A stretch of 63,350 nucleotides of DNA, the filler included, from Collodictyon triciliatum (lineage: Eukaryota): assembly GCA_043381765.1 (NCBI GenBank). It is 8 parts of 8 records of this genome, joined end to end, with 100 filler letters (N's around TTAATTAATTAA, not from the genome) between each part and the next. Parts side by side here need not be neighbours in the genome. Positions count along the whole stretch, not along the records: positions 48,453 to 56,414 come from JBHJMP010003650.1; positions 56,515 to 63,350 come from JBHJMP010003712.1; 6 more parts are not named here. One strand, given 5' to 3'. Of the stretch, positions 54,066 through 63,350 are shown in pieces. Made by a program: the position numbers and the translations under genes. Under the pieces are notes generated by a model that had not been told where the DNA came from, made no database searches, and saw only the letters and a list, made by a program, of their open reading frames with translations. Positions within the stretch are counted from its first letter, which is position 1. Every line of letters begins with the position of its first letter.

Positions 54066-56207
54066 TTACAACCGAGAGCGGTGACTGTTTCCAATGAGTG
54101 TCGGAGTTTGCTGTGGAAAAAAGGATTTAATTAGTTGCAAAAGATTGGATTGTGCTCTAACAAGCGGTATTCTAGACACGCTTTTTTTTTTACAGCCATG
54201 ATAAATTGTATATGCAAGGCTCTATAGAATATTAAACTGAAGAATCAGGGGAAAAGAAGAAAAAAAATATCTTAGATGTGAGTTCACATTTGTTCCATAA
54301 AGCAAAGGAGTTGTTTCAGTGACTGGTTTCTGTGCAACAACAAAGATTGAGTAATTTGTCCTCAAAATCGATTCATATTTCAAGGAGACTATTGACAAAG
54401 ATGATATTCGTAAGAATGCCTATCTATACCTTTCTCAGTATCTTCAAGAACATAATGAGAGGCAAATAGTCAGTGATGAAATAGAAGCTCAATTGAGCCC
54501 AATCATTTTCATACAGATTCTGTGGTAATCGAAGATTCTTCTTTCAATTCAAGAGCCTTTTTTTTTTAAAAAAAAAAGACATGTAAAAAGAATTATATCA
54601 CTGATGATACTAATTTTCAACGAGACAAACCAACCTCTACATGAACGATAACAAGCAGAAAACCTATTAATCAGAGTGTTTTATGTTGTAAGATGTTATA
54701 CGCTTCAAATCGAAAATTATTCAACAGGAAGTAAGCAAAACCAATAACATAGCTAGTAAACACATACAACTTCGAACAAACAAGCCGACTGAGCCGATAC
54801 CCAAGACTATTAGACATCGTTTTTGTTAAAGGGAAAATCGGTTGTCCCTTTTTTTTTCTTTTTTTTTTTTTAAAGAAAAGAAACCTCAACCGAGTGCCGA
54901 CAAAGATATTAGTAAATGGGCATACTTGCTGTGATACTGCGCAGTCTTCTTCGACGGCGCTCAAGGCTGGCTGATTGAAACTCTTCATTACTTAATAGGC
55001 TTATCAGCACATTCTAATATACAGTTTATAATTAAATATGTAAATAAATCATCCGAATTTGAACCAGCAAAAATAAAAATGAATGACAGTATTATATTCA
55101 AAAAAGTATACCCTTCCGTAGATTAAGTAAGGCACTAAACATGATATACACACAAGACTTCCAAAAGTGTAAAAAACTATCGTGAGAAGCTTTTCATTAA
55201 AGGTATTGAGAATCCTCAGGATGTAGGTGATGGCTGCAAGGGCGTACATAACCCCATTTACTACAGGTAACCATTATTTGCAGTCGGGAAATATCAATTT
55301 ATATTTCCAACAATATAAACTCAGTTAATTCGTCATGACGATATATCGGCACGTCTAATAGCAAGAAGAATGAATAATTCAATCAAATGATGAAGATTAT
55401 ACGTGTATATGCTGTTCTCCATATGAAAGGAAGCTCGACAAAAGTACCATGTTGTCTATAATTCTCATATAGCTCAGCCCTTCATTCATTTATACATGAG
55501 TTGAGCGTTGCGATCAATATTTATGTTAATTGAGTATAGTATTAAATCACAACAACATTGGCAAATAGAGAAAAATGCATCCTAAATCTTATCTTATTAT
55601 TCGATCAAGAGCAAAAAAATTCATAAATAAAAGAAAACTGACCAGAAGCACGCTAACAGTGACCATAATGAGAAGAACATAAAACCTGGAATCGAAGAGA
55701 GGATAAAATCTGCAATCTCACCAACCTCCCCTTCGAGTATTCCCCAAGCATAGAGCAATAGCCAAATGGAACGTACTAGGGTTTAATGTTATGGTGGAAT
55801 AAAATCTACTGATATCTTAGTATATATTTTCCTTTATTCGATTCAAAGTGCATCTTAATATATAACTATTCTGTACGACCAAATATATAATTCTTATTAT
55901 GCTTCATGAATAGTAGCACCTGATGATACATGCATCTTAATTAAGAGAGGGCTGACTTTTGCAAAGTTTTCGCAGGCACAGATATATGTCAGATTAAAAA
56001 AAAAGAGAGAGAGAAGAAAAGGGAGCAGCCTGGTGAAATAACAGACAAACCCAATGAGATGAGCCAAAGGAGAGCGTGCAGCGAATGGAACAGGCTGAAC
56101 TTTGCCGAAAAAGACTTTTGGTTGAACAAACGAATACTGCAGGTGACCAGTATTAGCGCGTATGCAGCAACCAGAAAATGGAGCACAATTTTTTCTCCAA
56201 TATCCAT
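54066..56207 (-). CDS. THH1/TOM1/TOM3 (GPR137-like) multi-pass membrane protein
   Basis: MDIGEKIVLHFLVAAYALILVTCSIRLF..LFHSL, VRSIW, SSIPGFMFFSLWSLLACFW, then further TM exons. C-terminal dileucine motif ETTPLL. Confidence 0.7.
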
Positions 56208-56687
56208 CACTAAAAAAGTTATTACAAAATAATGATAGTGAGTCAGACAATATATATAATGAAATGAACAAAACAAAACAATAAAGAAAAAGAAAAAGAA
56301 AAAGAAAAAGAAAAAGAAAAAGAAAAAGAAAAAGAAAAAAACAAAACAATAAAAAAAACAATAAAAAAAAAAATAAAAAAAAATAAAAAAACAATAAAAA
56401 AAAAAAAAAAACAANNNNNNNNNNNNNNNNNNNNNNNNNNNNNNNNNNNNNNNNNNNNTTAATTAATTAANNNNNNNNNNNNNNNNNNNNNNNNNNNNNN
56501 NNNNNNNNNNNNNNAAAAAAAAAAAAAAAAAAAAAAAAAAATAAAAATCAAAAAAAAAAAAAAAAAAAAAGACAATAACAAAATCTTATCTTTGTATGCG
56601 TTGACTTGTTAACTCTGTTTATTTTTCTTTGTGTTCTTTTTTTTTTAAAAAATAATTATCTTATTCTCTGTGTGAATAATCACACAG

Positions 56688-58833
56688 GTGCCCGACCAAA
56701 CTTCTACGAACCTCACTGGTATCCCCTGGAGAAAGGCAAATATCAAATACACCAACAACGAGGTTTATTTCGACATCGTGGAGGAAATCGACGTTGTTTT
56801 TGAAGCGTAAGGGGGAAAAATTCACAAATGCTGTCAAATACCTATCTTAATTAAAAGTATACTCATAAAAGCATGCATTTATATATATGTACAAATATTG
56901 TATTTTTCGTCTCCTATTTCTCCTTTATCGCATCATTGAAGCTGTATCAAATTAAGACAATATGACCTCACATAATGACTTCCAATCCAGGGGTGGATCA
57001 ATTGCCTACAACGAAATTAATGGCGAAATACTGTGTAATTGTCGTTTATCAGGTGCGTGTTTTATTTCGTGCACTTATTTATGAATTGAAGCGAGATATA
57101 ATTGATAGCTTCTATTAGGAATGCCCGACCTGCTTCTCATTTTCGCGGACCCTTCTCTTTTGGATGACTGCTCTTTCCATCCGTGTGTGCGCTACAACAG
57201 ATTCCAATCAGAAAAGGTATGCAATTTCTGTGGAAAGTAAATATCCAACACTCCACACGCCTGCTACTTAACTAATACATTATTATTTTTTTGTTCCTAC
57301 TACAATATTTCATGAGTAATATTTTGCTTCATTTTTCTTTTTACTCTTTTTTTTTTCTTTCTTTATGCTGTGCATACAATGAAGAAGAAATAATGTAGGT
57401 CCTCTCCTTCATCCCCCCAGACGGTCAGTTCAAGTTGATGGGCTTCAAGTATTGGTCAATTCTTCTGCCTATTCATTTCACACAGTTTTATGCTCAATTT
57501 ACTCTCATGAAAGCACTGTTTGCTTGAATAATATATCTAGATGTTTTACTTCTCACCACAGTCATATATGCAAATATGATAAGAATTTCAAGACCCACAC
57601 CTGGAATTCCGTTAAATATTCGACCCAATATTTCTTTCTCTGCAAACTCTGGTCATATTCAGATTGCTGTGTCTTCAAAGAATATTGGAAAGTATGTACC
57701 GAGTATCATCCTGTTTTGTCTGTGATTGGCATTAACATGAAGGCGATGTCATCTACTTCATTTACATTATTGATTTTTTATATTATATTACTGGCAAAGA
57801 TAGATACTATATTTTGACATAGGAACATTATATTAGTCTATCTTTTTGTTCTATGAAATTACTCTGGAATTTGACTCATCCATATGTATATATCCTGATA
57901 TCTTTTTTCTTTTCTTTTTCTTTTTCTTTTTCTTTTTCTTTTTCTTTTTCTTTTTCTTTTTCTTTTTCTTTTTCTTTTTCTTTTTACTTATTACTCTCTT
58001 AATTTGTATATATTTCCTATCTTGGTGGTCAACAGCTCAAAAGTCGCTGAAGAGGTTGCCATTACTTTCACCGTACCCAAAACTACAACCACCCACACTC
58101 TGTCTGCCACTTACGGACAGATTAACTACGATGAATCCACAAAGGTCTCCTCTAGCCATAAATATGATCTGTACACTTTTGTTTCCTGTAATAGCGGTAG
58201 CTGTCTATATGTATTCAGCCAATGGATTAAATATCACTTGATATGCTAAAGAATTCATTGAACTTGCATCGCAATATGCATCCGTAGACTGTTCGATGGG
58301 ACATTGGCCGAATTCCATCAGGTGCAACTCCTACTATGACTGGAAATCTGGCTCTTTCATCAGTTCCTGGTGAGATTTATGTGTCATGATTGACTAAATC
58401 TCTTTTCTCTTTTCTCTTTTCTTTTTTCTTTACTTTTCTTTTCTTTTATTTTATTTTTAAAACTTGTATATGTATATCCTTCCGTCATTTAGCCCAAATA
58501 AAACCTCGCAGTATCGTAAACGCACTCGTGCCTTTGTCATCGCATCGTGGATTAACATCTCTTCGTCATCAGGATACACACCAAGCAATCCGGACCTACT
58601 TGTCGAATTCAAGATGACGACCTTTTCGGTCTCTGGATTGAAGGTCTTCAAAGGACTTCCATCCTGACTATTCATCCCTCATTTTCCACATACCGAGTGA
58701 TATTTATGTTTGGTTTCTCTTCTGCACTGTTTTGCAAAAGGTTCAATCGGTTGCCATCATGAACGAGCGCTACAAGCCATACAAGGGAGTCCGCTCCATC
58801 ACCAAAGCCGGGAAAGTCCAAGTTAGAACCTAA
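56688..58833 (+). CDS. AP3M1: AP-3 adaptor complex mu subunit, 3' part (5' end missing)
   Basis: IPWRKANIKYTNNEVYFDIVEEID, CRLSGMPDL, LDDCSFHPCVRY, LSFIPPDGQFKLM, SVSGLKV, YKPYKGVRSITKAGKVQVRT*. Confidence 0.95.
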
Positions 58834-59444
58834 ATCAGCGTTGTGTGGCTCAGACAAGATATTAACAAAACAAAACAAAAAATAAGACAATCTTCCAGAA
58901 TGAACCTCTTTCATTTCTGTTTTGTTTCCCTTTATTCTACTTTTTTTTTCTTTTTCTCTCTCTCTCTTGTTGGTGTTCTTGTCGAGCTGCGTCGCTGAAA
59001 CCTAACAGAACACACACAATTTGAACCCAAAATCAAGAAGTGAAATAAAGAAAAGGATTTATTTTTTTCACTCGAGTTCGCTTATTATTTGCGCAAGTGT
59101 ATGAAAGGGGCTGTCCTCTCTTTCTTAATTGCTTTATTATTATTATTATTATTATTATTCTTTCATTACTTATTTTAAAACTAGACATTTGAATGAATAA
59201 ATGGGAATGAGTTAGAAGTGGTTTCTTTCAAAAAAATCATGGCAGCCACGAGGAAATTGCGTTAACGAAGATGCGGTTTTTTTTATCCAGCCAACCGTCA
59301 CAAGGAAATGAAGAAAAAAAAAAAAGACGTGATGGAATAGAAAGAAAAAGTTGAAAGGGTCATTGCAGAATGGAAAGGTGAGGCAAGAGGCATTGTGTGC
59401 AGCTTTTGTATTTTGTAGAATAAATACATGGATAAGTCAGACAT

Positions 59445-62537
<3,093 letters not shown>

Positions 62538-63350
62538 GGATTGATGGGTTCACTTTTTATCTTATTTTATTTTATTTTTACTTGTTTTCTTTTTTATTTT
62601 ATTTTTACTTGTTTTTCTTTTTTATTTTTACTTTTTATTTTATTATTATTTTATTATTATTTTTCCTTTTTTCTTTTATTATTTTCTTTTCATTTTTCTT
62701 TTATTATTTTCTTTTCATTTTTCTTTTATTATTTTCTTTTCTTTTTTCTTTTATTATTTTCTTTTCTTTTCTTTCATTTTTATTATATTTTTATTTTAAT
62801 TTTTATTCTTACTTGTTTTTCTTCTTTTCTTCCACTTTGATTTGATCTGGCGTGTTTCTGATGGGCTGCGGATGAGATTTAAATGAATGCAAAAGAAGGC
62901 TGCAGTAACCTCGTATAACGAATATCACTATTATTGGATTATATTATTTTTGGAAATGTTCGAATGCAGCGAAGCTTCTGGAACTGTGTCCATTTGTGGA
63001 ACCATTTATGCTTGGCTGTGTTTCTTGTGTTGCTGATCTCGAATGTTTTACTTTTTGTTTGAGCCTCGGTTTTCTGTGGAGCCCAACTTTTGCAGAGGCC
63101 GCCGAACAACAGGACGACTCGCAGACGAATCTCTTATCGACACCGTTTGAGCCACTGCCTATCCTCTCTTCTCTTCATATTTTTTCTATTTTACTTTTCT
63201 CAGTCGTTTTTTGTTTTTTGTTTTTTTATTTTTTGTTTTTTTATTTTTTGTTTTTTTATTTTTTGTTTTTTGTTTTTTGTTTTTTGCTTTTTGTTTTTTG
63301 CTTTTTGTTTTTTGTTTTTTGTTTTTTGTTTTTTGTTTTTTGTTTTTTGT

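Overview
This is AT-rich, intron-rich and microsatellite-rich eukaryotic DNA, probably from a protist. It is not one locus. Eight contigs of about 7-8 kb are joined by artificial 100-bp spacers (44 N + TTAATTAATTAA + 44 N), so adjacency across spacers means nothing. Contig 1 (1-7985) holds a C2-RasGAP gene fused to paxillin-like LD motifs and three LIM domains, and a 5'-truncated SUFU-domain gene with a GATA zinc finger inserted inside the domain. Contigs 2 and 4 each hold a paralogous LRR + Cys-rich + multi-TM receptor gene built from 69-nt one-LRR exons; one has a recently amplified, hypervariable exon-intron array. Contig 3 holds an unidentified multi-exon gene. Contig 5 holds PP2A scaffold subunit A, the 3' half of an MRS2 Mg2+ transporter and a probable PH-domain pseudogene. 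Contig 6 (40385-48352) is mostly an intronless, gene-dense Polinton-like-virus/virophage-like element. It encodes an rve integrase, an AEP primase-SF3 helicase, an A32 packaging ATPase and the start of a probable minor capsid protein. It also carries 3' hairpins, two candidate promoter motifs, an ori-like repeat cluster and a TG...CA palindrome at its left edge. Contig 7 holds an ankyrin-repeat gene and a THH1/TOM1/GPR137-like membrane protein gene. Contig 8 holds AP-3 mu and NPRL3. All domain calls come from motif recognition by eye and manual splicing; no database search was run.
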